Under the pieces are notes generated by a model that saw nothing but the letters and a program-made list of their open reading frames with translations, did no database searches and was not told the origin of the DNA. From assembly GCA_025558095.1 (NCBI GenBank), contig JAIVFI010000044.1, positions 62,001 through 126,000 of the forward strand: a DNA stretch of 64,000 nt, read 5' to 3'. Source of the stretch: Hyaloraphidium curvatum SAG 235-1 (lineage: Eukaryota; Fungi; Monoblepharomycota). Position 1 is the stretch's first letter. Every line of letters begins with the position of its first letter. This document shows positions 22,638-36,541 of the stretch, piece after piece. Made by a program: the position numbers and the translations under genes.

Positions 22638-24172
22638 TCAGCTCTTCCCGGCCCTTGCTTCCCGGATCACCTCGGCCAGCCGCCGCAGCGCCTCGTCCAT
22701 CTGCTCCTCCGTCGCGGTGGAGTACGCCGCCCGCACGTAAGGGCATCCTCCCTCAGGCGGCGACGGGTAGAACTCCTAAAATACAAGTCAAGACGTCAGC
22801 GAAAGACCCATTTGAGTGATTTGCGGCAAGCAACCCACGAATCCGGGCACCATCAGCACCTTCTTGTCCACCATGGCCTTGACCAGGCTCCCCGCCTCGG
22901 CCACCCCGTCGACCTTGATCCAAACAAACATCCCCGCCCGCGGCACGTTCCACGTCGCCAGCCTCTTCAGGTGCTTATCCGCCGCGCGCAGGAACGCGTC
23001 CCTCCGCGCCACGTAGAACGCCTCCACCCTCCCCACGTGCTCCAGGAACCCCTCGAGCTTCCACTTGCCGACCAGCGAGGCGACGAGCAGCTGGGACGGC
23101 CCCGACGGGTGCAGGTTCATCGCCTGCCCGTGCAGCACGATCCTCTCGATGAGCTGCTGGGGACCGGTGGCCCACCCGATCCGCACCCCGGCCGACAAAA
23201 CCTTGCTCATGCTGTCGAACCTCAGCACCCGCCCGTCCTCGTCCATGGAGAGGTACGAGGGCAGCCGCTCGCGGAACTGCAGGAAGTAGTACGGGTCGTC
23301 CTCGAGGATCAGCAGGCCGTACTTGCGCGCCAGGTGGTAGATGCGGCGGCGTCGGTCCGGGGAGGTGCACAGGCCCGAGGGGTTTGCGCCCGTGGGCACG
23401 GTGTACAGGAACTTTGGCCGCTGAGGGCTGTCCCTGTACGACGCGAGGATCCTTTCGAGCGCGGCGGGGTCCAGCCCGTCGGCGTCGGTCGGCACCTCCA
23501 CGAACTTCGGGAACAGCGGCCTCAGGCAGGCAAAGGCGCCCGAATAGCCCGGCGAGTCGACCAGAATGTGGTCGCCCGGCTCGATGAGCATGTCGAAGGC
23601 CTTGGTGAAGGCCTCCTGGCTGCCGTTGGTCACGCAGATGTCGTACGGGACGGGAGGACGGTGCTGCGCGTCCTGCAGGGTGCGGAGGAAGGCAACGAGG
23701 TCTGGTAGGCCCGCCTGATGTCAAGGAACGTCGAATCAGAACGCGTCCCGTACCGCAAAGGAAGCGGGCCGCCCACCGTCGCCGAATACTGCAGCCCCTT
23801 TGCCATCTCCTCCGCCGGCACATCCAGCACCGTCCCATCCTTCAGTTTCACGCTCATGCTCTCGAACGGGAACATGGCCGGGTTCGGCATGCCCCCGCCC
23901 AGCGAGATCATCCCCGGGATCGAGAGGAACGGCTGCAGCGCGCGGATCGCGGAGGGCTGCCGTGCTGCGGAGCGGGCGGTGATGTAGCGGGCGTAGCTGG
24001 AGATCGGCTGGGGTTTGGCGGCCTCCGTGTCCGAGAGGGGGGGCGGGGGGGCGGTGGAGGACATTGCGCGGGCGGAGAGGGCGGAACGGGGCAGGAGGGC
24101 CGGGTGGCGGGGGGACAGGGGGGGTAGGAGCGCGATTCGGAGGGCGGAGGTGGAGCGGAGGGGGGATCTCAT
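22638..24172 (-). CDS. PLP-dependent class I aminotransferase (Aro8 / kynurenine-alpha-aminoadipate type), probable mitochondrial presequence
   Basis: MISLGGGMPNP..FPF, LQYSAT, TNGSQ, YTVPTGANPSG, ILEDDPYYFL, RFDSMSKVLSAGVRIG (PLP Lys), GMFVW, YVRAAYS; Arg/Ser/Leu-rich N-terminus. Confidence 0.93.
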
Positions 24173-24667
24173 TGCTTCCGGGCGAGGCCCGTGTGCAGTT
24201 GAGTTCGTTGTTTACCGCAGGCGGGCAGGCGTCGGCCTTGACTTCCCGCCCCGTAGTCGACCCATCAAGATGCTCGTCGTCGCTGGGCGACGCAAATCCT
24301 AATCTCCTACACCTTTACAGACGGACGCGATGCTTGTCTCGAGAATCGGTGTTCTCGTCAGGGCGGATGGCACGTAGTGACTCCTGGACAGGCCTTGACG
24401 CAACCTAGGCTAAGCCGCAGATTCAGTGGATTCAAAATGAGTTCCACTGCTGATTGGCTTAGCTAATCACGACCGCACGAGGCGGTTGATCGTTTTCCGC
24501 TTGATCGATCCGATGCGACGTTCGCGGCTAATCCAACCCCGCCCGATCCGCCCGGCCCGCGCTTCCGCGATCCCAAGCGGTCAAATCTGTCTCCCCGCAC
24601 GCGCACAATCCTCGCCAACAGGGCGTACGCCGAAGAACCTTGAGGACCTTCCGGTCCCACCGGAGAG

Positions 24668-25528
24668 ATGGCACCTGCTTCGGCCGCGGCAGCAGCCGCG
24701 ACGCCCATCCTCTTGACGATCCCCTTCTCGCACTACAACGAAAGGGCGCGCTGGGCGCTCGACCTCGCCGGCATCCCTCGGCGGGAGCTCCGCTTTCTCC
24801 CCGGCTTCCACGTTCCGGGCGTGTCATTCGCCTGCTGGTGGTACGGCGTGCCCGGGCAGGGCTCTGCGGACGGCGTGTCGTCTCCGTTCTCGACGCCCAT
24901 GCTGGTTCGCCCGGGCGACAACTTTTCGCCACCTCGGGCTCTCAGGGATTCCCTCGACATCGTGCGCTACGCCGACGAAGTGGCCGGTCTGAGCCTCTTT
25001 CCTCCGTGTGGATCGAAGGAGGCGGCGGAAGTGGACGAGCTCTGCGCGCTCTTCCACGACGTCCTAGGCCCCGCCGCGCGAGCTTACGGCTATTCGAGCG
25101 TCCTCTACAACGTGCGCCAGTACTGCTCTACGGGCTGGTACAACGCAAACCTGCTCCAGTCTTCCCTCTGGATCCTTCTCGGACCCGCGATCGCGCTCGG
25201 GCTTCGGTCCGGCATCGGAGCCGACGATCGGCCCCGAGCCGAAGCGGATATCAGGAAATCCATGGACATTGCCTCGCAGAAGTTGTCGGACGGACGGCCG
25301 TTCCTTGTCGGGGACCGGATGACCGTTGCGGACCTATCTCTTGCGTCTCTCGGCTCGATCGCGATCGGTCTTTCGGCCGAAGAGGGTTACGGGGGCGGCA
25401 AGTGCTACCTCCCGCCATCCGAGTCGTTCCCGGCCGAAATGCGATCGTTCTACGAGGAAATGAGGGCTACGCGTGCCGGCCAGCATATTCTGAAGATGTA
25501 CCGAGATCACCGGAAGGCGAAGGCATAA
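24668..25528 (+). CDS. Glutathione S-transferase-like protein (intronless)
   Basis: TIPFSHYNERARWALD, STPML, DSLDIVRY, LSDGRPFLVGDRMTVADLSLASL. Confidence 0.85.
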   Translation: MAPASAAAAAATPILLTIPFSHYNERARWALDLAGIPRRELRFLPGFHVPGVSFACWWYGVPGQGSADGVSSPFSTPMLVRPGDNFSPPRALRDSLDIVRYADEVAGLSLFPPCGSKEAAEVDELCALFHDVLGPAARAYGYSSVLYNVRQYCSTGWYNANLLQSSLWILLGPAIALGLRSGIGADDRPRAEADIRKSMDIASQKLSDGRPFLVGDRMTVADLSLASLGSIAIGLSAEEGYGGGKCYLPPSESFPAEMRSFYEEMRATRAGQHILKMYRDHRKAKA

Positions 25529-26395
25529 AGGTCTCGCGCTGATCATGAAGCTTGTTCCTGTTGCAAATAGTCCGAATTGCGCGGTAAGTGTCCAATCGCC
25601 GCCCAACGTGGACTTCCGAGAGTCGAAGGAGGAGGCGGCAGAAAGAAAACCTCGATTCAAGAACTGCCGTCCAAACCAGCGATTCCATATCAGCAGTGAA
25701 TCGTACTTCTATCCCGGCAGGTTCGACTTGGCATCAGCTTTGTGATCAGCGAGCTGGGTTCGTCTCTGGACAGGTGGCGGACCAGGCAAAGCGCACGCGA
25801 CATCGCGTCACGCGGACGGCCCCTGGACGTTCCCAAGGGGTTCCGGCGCCGAGGTGAGCACTTTTCCCGGATCTAGGACCGCCGGCACGCGGATTCCGGG
25901 AGTTTGGCGGGGCCCGGCGGGGTCGCAGGCGGCACCTTTCGCGGCGGCCGGCCGGGGTCGCGGAGGGCACGGCGGACGCCGGGCCGCGCTCGCCCGCCCG
26001 GACCGCACAACGGCGCCGCCGATTGGGTGCCGCGGCGGACCTACGCGCGGAGGACGGTCCGCTGGACGCCCGGGCGGCCTGCTGCGCTGTGGGGCAGTCG
26101 CTGACCCGTTCCCACCGCCCCCTCATCGCGCCCTTTTCTCGCCTCCGCGTGCCCGGATATCATTTCCTTGCAAATTCATAGGACCGGATAAGGCGCTGCC
26201 GCGGGCGACTGCCGCGGCTGGCCGCTCCTGCCGGCGCTCAGCTCGCTCCACAGAAGCCCGTTGAGATACCCAGCACGCCCCGGACGCCCTCCACCGGATC
26301 CGCGATCGCCGCACGCACCGCCAACATTTCCGCCGCGCAAGACATGAGCGCCGCCTCCGCACGCACCGCCGACACCGCCGCCGCCCGCGCCCGCA

Positions 26396-29300
26396 ATGTC
26401 CAGAAGGAAGAGGGACGCCGCCGCGGCGCCCGCTGCTGAGGAGCAGACGCCGGGAAGGAGGCCGCGCAGGGCCGCGCTGCCGGACGCGCAGCAGCCCGCT
26501 CGGCCCGCAGAGGACGCGCAGGACAGCAAGGAAAAGGCGGCAAACGCACCGGACGACTCGCCGCCGTCGTCGCGCACGCGGAGATCCCTGGCCGCAAAGG
26601 CCGCCAGCGCCGCAGGAACACCCTCGGCTTCATCCCCCGCGGAAGCTCCCGCGCAGCCGGCTTCGCAGGCCGGGAAGCGCAAGCGGCGCGGAGCGGGACC
26701 CGCACCCGAGCCCGCACCGGAACCCGAGCACTCCGATTCCCCGCCCCCCGCCAAGCGCACGCGCATGGGCGGGAGCGGCAAGGACAAGGCGGACAAGGAC
26801 CGCCCTCCCCCCGAATCCCCCACCCTCTCCGGCCGCGCGGGAAAGTCCCCCCGCTCGCGCAGCAAATCCTCCCTCGGATCCCCCAAATCCGGGCCCCTCT
26901 CGCCCCGCGCGCAAGCAGCCGTGGCGTCCGCGGACGAGGACATGGCGCTGCCGCCGCCCGCGCCCAAGGGCCGGCGCAGGGACTCGCGCAGCCGCAAGGG
27001 CGACGAGGACGGGCCGGGCAGCCCGCCTCCGTCCGTGGGGCGCAGGAAGAAGAAGCAGGACGAGCCGCCGGATGCGCTGGGGAGCGACGGCGAGGAAGCC
27101 GCCAAGCCGGATACCCCAGCATCCAACGGCGCATCGCCGTCTTCTTCCTCCAACCCCAACCCTCCCAACCCCGCATCCAACTCCAACTCCAACCCTCCCA
27201 CTCCCGCCGGTCTGCCGCCCGCCGCCTCGGCCTCGGCGCAGCTCGCAGCCATGTTCGGCCTGGGCTCGCTGCGCCCGTCCACTGGGTCGGGCTCGGGCTC
27301 GGGTTCCGGCCGGTTCGCGTCGCTGCTGTCGCAGCTCCGTCGCAGGGACGATCCGACGGCGCAGATGGTGGCGCTGCAGGAGCTGTCCGAGGTGCTGTCG
27401 GTCGCGACCGAGGACATGTTCGGGCGCGGCGGCTACGGGGGAGGTGGGATGGCTGGCTTCGACGTTGATGCGTGGGTGAGGGAGCTCTTGAGCGTTCTCA
27501 GAGGTGGGAACCGGCGGCGTTTGTCGGTTTGGACACAGCTGACAAGCGAGCGATCCTTTCCCACAGGACCGGACCGCAAGGATCCCAAGGAGGCCCTCCG
27601 CGCGGCCGGCATCGCCGACGACTTCCCGCTCGAGTTCCTCGACGCCGACACCCTAGCCGAGCTCGGGCTCTCGGCTCCTTCCTCCGCCATCGCCCCCGAC
27701 CTCATGCTCCTCGCCTTGCGCTGCCTCTCCAACCTCATCGAGGCCCTCCCCAGCGCCACGGCGCTCGTCGTCGGCGCCGAAGGCGTCCCCGCGCTCGTCG
27801 CCAAGCTCCGCGAGATCGAGTACATCGACCTGGCCGAATCCGTCCTGAGCGTGCTCGGCAAGGTGGCGGGGGAGTACCCCCTCGCGGTGCTCCGCGCGGG
27901 CGGCGTGGCCGCGGCGCTCGGCTACGTCGACTTCTTTGCTTTGTCGACGCAGCGCGTCGCCGTGGGGATCGCGGCGGCCGCGCTGCGCGGGCTGGGGCAG
28001 CAGGCCGGCGCCGAGGACATGGCGAGGGAGGCGATGCCGACGCTGGAGCGGCTGCTCGGGTACGGCGATGCGAGGCTGGTCGAGGGGGTGGTCAAGGCCA
28101 TCGCAAAGGTTGTCGAGTGGGCGTGCAGGCCGCAGGCTGGAGAGAGCGAAAAGGCCGTCGAGGATCGCGTCGAGGTACGTCTCATCCTGTTGCGTGCCGC
28201 AATCTCGCATGTCTAACTTTTCTTCCGCTTCAGTCCCTCATCCAGTCTTCGCTGCTCCGCGCCATCATGGATCTCCTCTCCCCCAACGTCCCCACCCAGA
28301 CGGTCGTCACCCCGCAGCTCTTCACCTCCCTCCTCCGCCTCCTCCCCCCCGTTCTGCGGGCCTCGCCGCGCTACGCGCACATGATGGCCGCCGAGTGGGG
28401 CCTGGCGGACCTCGTGCGCAGCGTGCTCTGCGGGCCCGAGCCGGCGGACGCCGCGGACGAGGTCGCGGATGCCGAGGATGCGAATGCCGGCACGGCGGAG
28501 AGGGTGATGCGGACGATTGCGACGAGGACCGAGGAGCAGGTGATCGAGGCGCTGTCCGTCGCCACGGACGCCATCGCCGCGTTGCCGAAAGGTGGGGAAC
28601 AGTCGTTTGCGAGCCAGCGCCATCAGCTGACCTGCATGCATGTTCTCCAAGGCGACATTTGGGCGCTGCGTGTGCCGGCAGGGCAGGGCGACGAGAAGGC
28701 CAAGCCCCCTCGCGCATCGACTTCCGAATCGCAGGCCAGCGACGTCGCAATGGAGGGCGCAGAGGCCCCGGCCGCGAGCTCCGAGAGCAAGCCCGAAGGG
28801 GAGGACCCTGCTGACGGGGGCGACGGGGAAGAGGACGGGGACGGCGAGGGCGACGACGGCGAGGAGGACGAGGAAGACGACGACGAGCCGCCGTCGCCGA
28901 CGACCACCACCGGGCCCTCGTTCACCGAGCGCAACGCCAAGCTCGCCGAACTGCACCGCGCCGACAAGGACAGCCTCGTCAACTTCTGCGGCTCTTTGCT
29001 TCCCGTCGTGCTCGAGGTGCACGCCGCAACGGTGCAGCCCCAGATCCGGCGCAAGTGCGTCGGCCTCATCGCGCGCATGGTCTGGTTCTGCGGCGAGATC
29101 GCGGGCGAGGACGGGCTGCGGATCGTGCTGGCCAGGGCCAAAGGGTTCGGCGGGTTCGTCACCTCGCTCGTCGTGCAGGGCCGGGAGGGCGTCTACGGCG
29201 CGGCCATCGACGCGAACGCGCCACCTTCGGTGGCTGCCGCTGCGGCGGCTTCGGAAGCCAACAAGAAGGCGGAGCAGCTCGGAGTGCTCGCTTCCGGACT

Positions 29301-32300
29301 GCAGCTCGCCCTCCTGGTTCTCGAGCGGTGCCCGGATCCGTACCTGCGTGCCTTTGTCAGGGAGGGTGTCCTGCACGAGGTGGAGAAGACCGCGCAGGTC
29401 GCGACGGCGTGGCTCGAGGAGCACCAGCAGGCCGCGGCCGACGCCGCTGCTTCCGCCGAGGCGTCCAAGGATGCTGCAGGGGACGTTGTGATGGCTGACG
29501 CGGATGGGGGCAGCGGTTCGAACTCTGGGCCGCGGCGCAGCAAGAGGAACAAGGGCAAGGAGTCGGAACCTGCTTCCGGTTCGGCATCCGCGGCTGCGTC
29601 TCCAAAACCTGCTTCCGCGGCAAAACCGAGCTCTGCGCCTCAGCCCACAAGCTCTTCATCCTCGTCTGCCGAACCTGGTTCCACGGCAAGCCTGCTCTCC
29701 GGCATGCGCAAAATGCTTGAGCGCCTGTCGGACGTCATGGGGCATTCGGGAACGGATTTGGGGGCCGTGGCCGCCTCGGCGGGCATCCCCGGGCTCGCGC
29801 CTCCTCCGCCTCGCACGGGTTCGGCGCCGATGGTCCAAAACATCAGCGGCGAGCGGTTTGCCGACAAGGACGTTCGCGAATGGCTCGTCTGGATGTGCTC
29901 TCGGATCCTGGCTTTCTACAGCGACGTTTCGACCAAGAGCAGCGGGGAAGTCGGCAGCGTTCTGCGCGAGCTGAAGGCGCTCTCGAAGAAGCTCAAGGCC
30001 GCCGCTGCGATGAGCGAAGGAGGGTCGGATCCGGCGGACATTGCGTCCCTGCACCGCGTTGCCGAGTTGCTTGCTGGCGTCGGAGTCGGGGGCGACGGCA
30101 AAGGTGCCACGAGCTTCGAAGTGCTGCGGAGCGGGATCGTGGAAGGCCTGGTTCAGTACCTGTCTGCCCTTCCCCTTGCCGATTCCAAGTCGGCTGCCGC
30201 CATGAGCCCCGAGGATGCACGCGCGCAGCACCTGCGCATCAAGGCCTTTGTCCACGTTTTCATGAACGGGCCTTGGCCCTACCCTGGGGATCGTGAGCTG
30301 ACCGTGGTTTCGGTGCCGCACGAGGATCCCAGAGGCGACAGCGACCGGCGGCACCAGCATGGACCAGGCCCGCAGCCCCTGCGGTCGTCGCACGACCACA
30401 CGGAGCCGCAGATGTACGTGCCCAACGCCCTGATGAGCCTCGTGCGGCGCTTGCAGAGCCTGCTTTCGCGCACCGAGCACTTCGAGGTCGTCGCCGCTAT
30501 CCCCGGCCAGCAGTCGTCGGCTTTGGCGAGCTACGCGCTGGAGAGCATCATGGGCGCCTCATACCTGGCCGCGAGCCAGAACCCGGCGATGCAGCTCACC
30601 AGGCAGCTCCGTCTGCGGCTTGTTGCCGAGGAGCCCGACAACGTCCCGAAGACCTTCAACAACTACGCCGTCTCCATTCACGCGGTGGCGACGTTCCGCG
30701 CCTTGGAGGAGTACCTGAAGGGACGCGTGGGCGGTTTGGACTTCGGCAGCACGCCTGGGCAGGGGGACGGAACGGTTGCTTCGACCGGGAACCCTGCCGC
30801 ATCCAATGCCAGTGCGGCTGCGGCGGATGCGGCTGCTTCACCCTCCGCCGTGGTTCCCAGTGGTGGCGACGACAAGGCGTCTGGCGCCGGAGACGGGGAC
30901 GTCGAAATGGACCAGGGTGAGGACGGGGAGGATGATGAAGATGGGGAGGATGGTGACGACGGGGACGATGGAGAGGACGGTGAGGACGACGAAGACGAGG
31001 ATGAGGACGAGGATGGGGAAGAGGAGGGTGCCCCCGGCGAGGCGCCTTCGGGCGGAGAGGGTGAAGAGGCTGGAGCCTCTGGGGACTACGACGACGGGGA
31101 GGACGACTACGATGACGGCGATTACGACGACGGTCAGGTATGGTATCGCCTCTCTGCTTCGTTGCAAAGCACATCTGATTGGGCTCTTGCAGATGGTCGA
31201 CGTGAGCGACCTCCTGCTGCACTCGGAGGAGGAGAGCAGGCGCAGGCGGGTCAAGCCCAAGCGGGTCGACAGCACTGGGAGCTCCATTGGGGGCGCTGCG
31301 GCGGGATCCCTGGGCACCGGCGCCGAACCGCCACCGCTGGACCGTCAGCGGACGGGTGACAGCTTCGTCGTCGACATTGGGGACAAGGAGGACCAGGGAC
31401 CATTGACGCCCCAGCGGACTTTGCGCTCTCGTTCGGGCCAGACACCTGCGAGCAGCACGTCTGCGCCGTCGCCTCTTTCTGCAGCGTCGAAACCCCCGGC
31501 TGGTGCAGCGGCTCTGCCTCCGCCTTCGCCTACGACCCGCCCTGCAGCCTCCTCCTCCGCTGCTCCTCCTCCCGCCTCCTCAAGCGCGCCAGCGGCGTTG
31601 GGCGCTTCCGCCGGGGCCGCTGCGCCTGTTCCGAGCTACAGCTCGGTTGTCGCGGGCACGGCCAACTCGTTCCACATCGAATTCTCCATCGGCGATGCGG
31701 TTTCTGGCGTCTTTGTGCCTGTCACCAGCGACATGACAATCTTTGCCGCCTGCTGGCAGCTGGAGCAGGAGCAGGCTCGCCGCCGTGCTGCTCCGGGAGC
31801 CGCACCGCCGGCCTCGGTGAACGTGTGGAACTCGGCCTACACGGTTCGCTTCCGCAAAGTTGGAGGAGCGCGGCCAGTCGCGGCGCCGCCGACGGCTACG
31901 GGTTCCGAGCCGTCCAAGAAGCCGCCGCCGAGCCCTGCGCGGGAAGTGGCCCCGCAGTCGCCGGCTGCCTCGGTTTCGACGACTGCCGTGGACCATCTCC
32001 TCATCCCCCGCCTTCCCTTTGATTCCGTCTCCCAGCCTGCCATCGACGCGACGTCGCCTGCAGGCCGCATCCTCTACCTCCTCCGCGCCCTGTACGGGAT
32101 CAACACCAACTGGACCGATGTCTACCTCGACGAGAACTCGAAGGTCATGGAACTGTCGCACGCCAAGGAGCTACTGGACTCGCAGCCTCTCGAGGAGGAA
32201 GCCATGGTCATCGAGAGCGAGGAGATGGTGCAGAACCGCCTCGAGCCGGTTCCGGCGAGGAGCGACATCGAGCTCCACCCGGGAGTCATTGCCGCGCTTC

Positions 32301-33994
32301 CGCCCTCGGCGTTCGTCAACTCCAAGGTCACGGCGAAGCTCGCACGGCAGCTCGACGAGCCCTTGATCGTGGCGGGCCGGGTGGTGCCCGACTGGTGCAG
32401 CGCCATCGCCAGGCACTTCAGCTTCCTGGTCAGCTTCGAGTCGCGCTGGACTTTCCTGCAGAGCACCAGTTTCGGCTACAGCCGCAGCATGCTCAGGTGG
32501 CAGCAGCAGCAGCAGCAGCAGGCTTCGTCGTCGGGCAGCGCGGCCGCGGCGCGGGAGCAGCAGGTGCTGGGCCGAATCCAGCGGCAGAAGGTCCGCATCA
32601 GCCGGAACCGCGTGCTCGAGAGCATGATCAAGGTCATGGAGCTTTACGGGAGCAGCCAGGCCTTGCTGGAGGTCGAATTCTTCGAGGAGGTCGGGACCGG
32701 GCTTGGGCCTACGCTCGAGTTCTACACGCTCGTATGCACGGAGATCCAGAAGGCGAAGCTCAAGCTGTGGAGGGACGAATCGACGGAGCCGCAGCCGGCC
32801 AAGGGGAGCCGCCGCAAGTCGAAGCCGGGCGCGGACTCGGACCGCTACGTGGTTGCACCGCACGGACTCTTCCCGGCGCCGATGAACGCCGCCGTCGCGG
32901 CCAGCGACAACGGAAAGTGGGTTTCATCCTCGCTTGGAAGCTTTGACGTGGATGCTGACGTTGCTTTTCCTCAACAGGCGTCTGCTCAACCTGTTCCGCA
33001 ACCTCGGCACATTCGTCGCGAAGTCCCTCCTGGATGCGCGCATGGTGGACATACCCTTCAACAACGTCTTCCTGCGCCTGATCCTCAAGGGCTGCTTCTC
33101 GATGGCTTCTGCTTCCGACGAGGATGCGGCCCGCGATTCGGAGCAGCAGCGCGTGCGCGGGCTCCACTACCTCAAGCACATCGACCCCGCCCTGACGCAG
33201 TCCCTGCTGCACCTGCAAAAGTACGTGCACCAGAAGCGGGCCATCGAGAGCCGGAGGGACCTGTCGGCGGACGAGATCCTGGACCAGATCAACGCCATCA
33301 AGGTGGACGGCGCGCACGTCGAGGACCTCTGCCTGGACTTTTCCCTGCCCGGGTACCCCGACATCGAGCTCCTGCGCAACGGCAAGAACATCTCGGTCAC
33401 CATCTTCAACATCGAGGAGTACGTGGCCGCGGTGATCGAGGCGACCCTGGGCGACGGCGTCCGGAGGCAGGTCGAGGCCTTCCGCTCGGGCTTCGACGTC
33501 GTCTTCCCGGTCACGGACCTCAACGCCTTTACCTTGGAGGAACTCGGCATGCTTCTCGGTGGCGGACAGCAGGAAGATTGGTCTGCCGAAGGTGGGCCTG
33601 ATTGTGCGTTTTCCTGCTTGGTTCTTGTCCTGACGCATCCACTCCAGGCTTGACGGACGCGATCAAGGCGGACCACGGCTACCGTACCGACAGCATCGCC
33701 ATCCGCAACCTGATCGAGATCCTGAGCGAATTCACCAGCCTGGAGCGCCGCGAGTTCCTGCAGTTCGTCACGGGCTCGCCCAAGCTCCCCCTGGGCGGCT
33801 TCCGCAACCTCTCGCCGCCTCTGACGGTGGTGTGCAAGACGTGCGAGGCGCCGCACCAGCCGGACGACTACCTGCCCAGCGTCATGACGTGCGTCAACTA
33901 CCTCAAGATGCCGGACTACAGCGCCAAGGCCGTGATGAAGGCCAAGCTGCTGCTGGCCATGAGCGAGGGCAAGGGGGCGTTCCACCTTTCGTGA
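26396..33994 (+). CDS. UFD4: HECT E3 ubiquitin ligase, UFD4/TRIP12 family (ARM repeats + HECT)
   Basis: [111 protein letters not shown]. Confidence 0.95.
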
Positions 33995-34534
33995 GGCCGG
34001 GGCCAACTGTACCATAGCATCTTTCATTCCCATTTGTCTCTGTCCCGATATAGAGGAGGGATTTCTTAGAGTTTCGCAGCTCCATCCGCGCGTTATGGGG
34101 CAAGTTTGAGTTTCCGCGGAGTGGCCACCGCCTCCACCCGCGCGGCGCAACACCACTGACTCCGCGCGCGCCCACGTACCGAGCCCTTGGTGCCGCAGCG
34201 ATGGCCACCGCCTCGTCGAGCCAGTACACCGGAGGTGCGTTCCGCGAGACGGAGGGCCTGAGGGCGGGCGGGGACCGCGGGGCGCCACGGGAGCCGCGAA
34301 CCCCCGAGTTGTCTCCCGAGCCTTTTGCCGTCGAAAGCGCTCGTCTGCACGGTCTGACGCCGCCTCCCCGCAGACGGCATCGATTTCACCACGCAGGCGG
34401 GGCAGAAGAAGGGGATCAATGCCTACCTGGACAGGTGCGGCGGCGTCCGCGACTGGAGGCCGCTTCGTGGACTTACAACGGCTTCCTGGGGTCCCTTCCC
34501 TATTGCTGCACCTTATCTCCCCAGTGTCGATGTT

Positions 34535-35582
34535 ATGCAGCACTGGGATGCCGGCGAGAAGCCGCTTGGAGAGATTGGTGGGCTCCCCAGTCCTCCCCCG
34601 CGCCGAGCAACGACTCACTGCCGCACACAGACCCCGTGACCAAGCACGACCTCGATATCCTCCTCCGCGACGGCCACGTCACCATCGAGGGCGTACTGAG
34701 CCCCGCCGAGGTGGCGCACCTGAAGGAGACGGTGCACAGGATCAACCCGCAGCCCAAGATGGGGCGCAACAACTTCGAGGGGCGCAAGACGATCCGCACG
34801 GACGGCATGCTCGGCAAGAGCTCGGCATTCGACTACCTCTGCATCCACCCGCGGGTGGTGAACGTCATCGAGAGGGTGCTGATGCCCACCTTCCTGCTGC
34901 AGCAGATCCAGGGTGGGTTTCTCCGTGTTCCGCCGCGTCTCGATCTCATTGCCCCCAGCCATCGAGATCTTCCCCGGCGAGACCGTGCAGCCCGTGCACA
35001 CCGACGACGGGTACAACCGCGTCCCCCGCCCCCACCCGCCGCTCAACGTGGCCTGCATGTGGGCGCTGGACGACTGGACCGAGACCAACGGATCGACCGT
35101 CATCTTCGAGGGCTCGCACCTCTGGCCCGACGACCGCCTGCCGGACCGCGAGAAGGACAAATGGATCTCGGCGACCAAGAAGGCGGGGTCGGTGACCATC
35201 TGGCTCGGGACGACCTGGCACGGGGGCGGCGCGAACATCACCGACCAGACCCGCGAGGGACCCGACGGCAAAGGCACGAGCCGGCTCGGGATCACCTGCC
35301 AGTACTGCCAGGTGGGTTTTCGTGCGTGCTCTAACCATGAGCAAGGAAGCTGACTCTCGAGCCCTCCTCCAGCCCTGGCTCCGCCAGAACGACAACTTCT
35401 TCCTCGAGATCCACCCCAAGGACGTCCTCAAGATGCCCCAGCGTCTGCAAAGCATGCTCGGCTACTCGATCCACTCGCCCAACATCGGCCAGTACAACGG
35501 CGTGCACCCCATGAAGGCCCTGGCGCCCGAGGGGATCAGGTTCCTGCGGAGGATCGAGGACCAGGAGGGGAGCAGGCTCTAG
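34535..35582 (+). CDS. Phytanoyl-CoA dioxygenase (PhyH) family Fe/2-OG dioxygenase, 4 exons; start approximate
   Basis: RDGHVTIEGVLS, QPVHTDD (HxD), WALDDWTETNGST..GSH, TWHGGGAN, QPWLRQ. Confidence 0.88.
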
Positions 35583-35851
35583 ACGGGCAGAGCGCAAAAG
35601 TGGAATGTCGCGGTTGTTCAATCGAAGTGTCGTTTCTCCCATGTGTCCTTGTCGCTGGATCGACGTGCCAAGAACGGGTCGACGCAGGGCGTCTTCCGAC
35701 GTGAGGTCAGGTGGCACCGCAGCGCAAAGAGTATTCTCGTTTCCTTCACTCCAAAACGCCCGGAGAGCCCGGCTTTCGGCATCGGAAAGCCTATTTGGAG
35801 TGTATCTGACTGCAGCGCTCGCCGCTCCGTTCGTTGCTGCCCGCGCGCGCA

Positions 35852-36541
35852 ATGGAGGCCATGGAGGGGAGCGCCGCGCCTGCCAAGGCGGGCCCGTCCA
35901 AAATCGCCCCAATGACCGCTGCGTTCAGGGCCATAGACGAGAGGAGCATCAAATCGCAGGAGCTCGCGGACGCCGCAAAGCTCGTTGGCCACCTCTACGA
36001 CGTTCTCTTTGCTTCCTCCTCGAAACTCTCCTCGACGCTGTCGGCCGACCTGAACGCGCACATCGACGAGCTGCTGGATTACACGGACCGGAACCCGCAC
36101 AACCTGCCTGCGGACAAGCGCGGCGAACTGATGCTGCCGGTGCTCGAGGCCGAGATCGCGCTGTGCGGCGGGAAGGAGGCCGTGGCGGAGGGCGGGACGG
36201 CAACGTCCACGTGGGGACTCATCTGGCTCCTTCGGATCCTCTCTTTCCTCCAAACATTCCTGGGTCATCTGTCGAAGCCGCTCGAGTTCAATTCGCCGCG
36301 GGCAGCTTGCAAGTCGGCCTACTCAGCGACACTAGGGAAGCACCACTCCTTCGTCGTCGGATCCCTGGTCAAGGTCGCGATGACGATGGTCCCGGGATCG
36401 CGGGAGTACATTTGCCTCCAGTTCGGGTTCCCGAACGAGGTCCAGGCTCTGAAGGAGAGCGCGGAGTGCTCGGCCGAGATGAGCAGAGTGATCAGCTTCC
36501 TCAAGATCTGGGTCAACAAGAACGTCGGGGATTTGGTCTGA
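35852..36541 (+). CDS. Glycolipid transfer protein (GLTP/HET-C2-like) domain protein
   Basis: STWGLIWLLRILSF and AYSATLGKHHSFVV match the GLTP LLWLxRxLxF and AYxxTLxxHH motifs. Confidence 0.8.
   Translation: MEAMEGSAAPAKAGPSKIAPMTAAFRAIDERSIKSQELADAAKLVGHLYDVLFASSSKLSSTLSADLNAHIDELLDYTDRNPHNLPADKRGELMLPVLEAEIALCGGKEAVAEGGTATSTWGLIWLLRILSFLQTFLGHLSKPLEFNSPRAACKSAYSATLGKHHSFVVGSLVKVAMTMVPGSREYICLQFGFPNEVQALKESAECSAEMSRVISFLKIWVNKNVGDLV

Noticed and set aside
30895-31135. GAY/GAR-rich repeat
   Set aside because: Encodes an ordinary acidic low-complexity linker of the HECT ligase.
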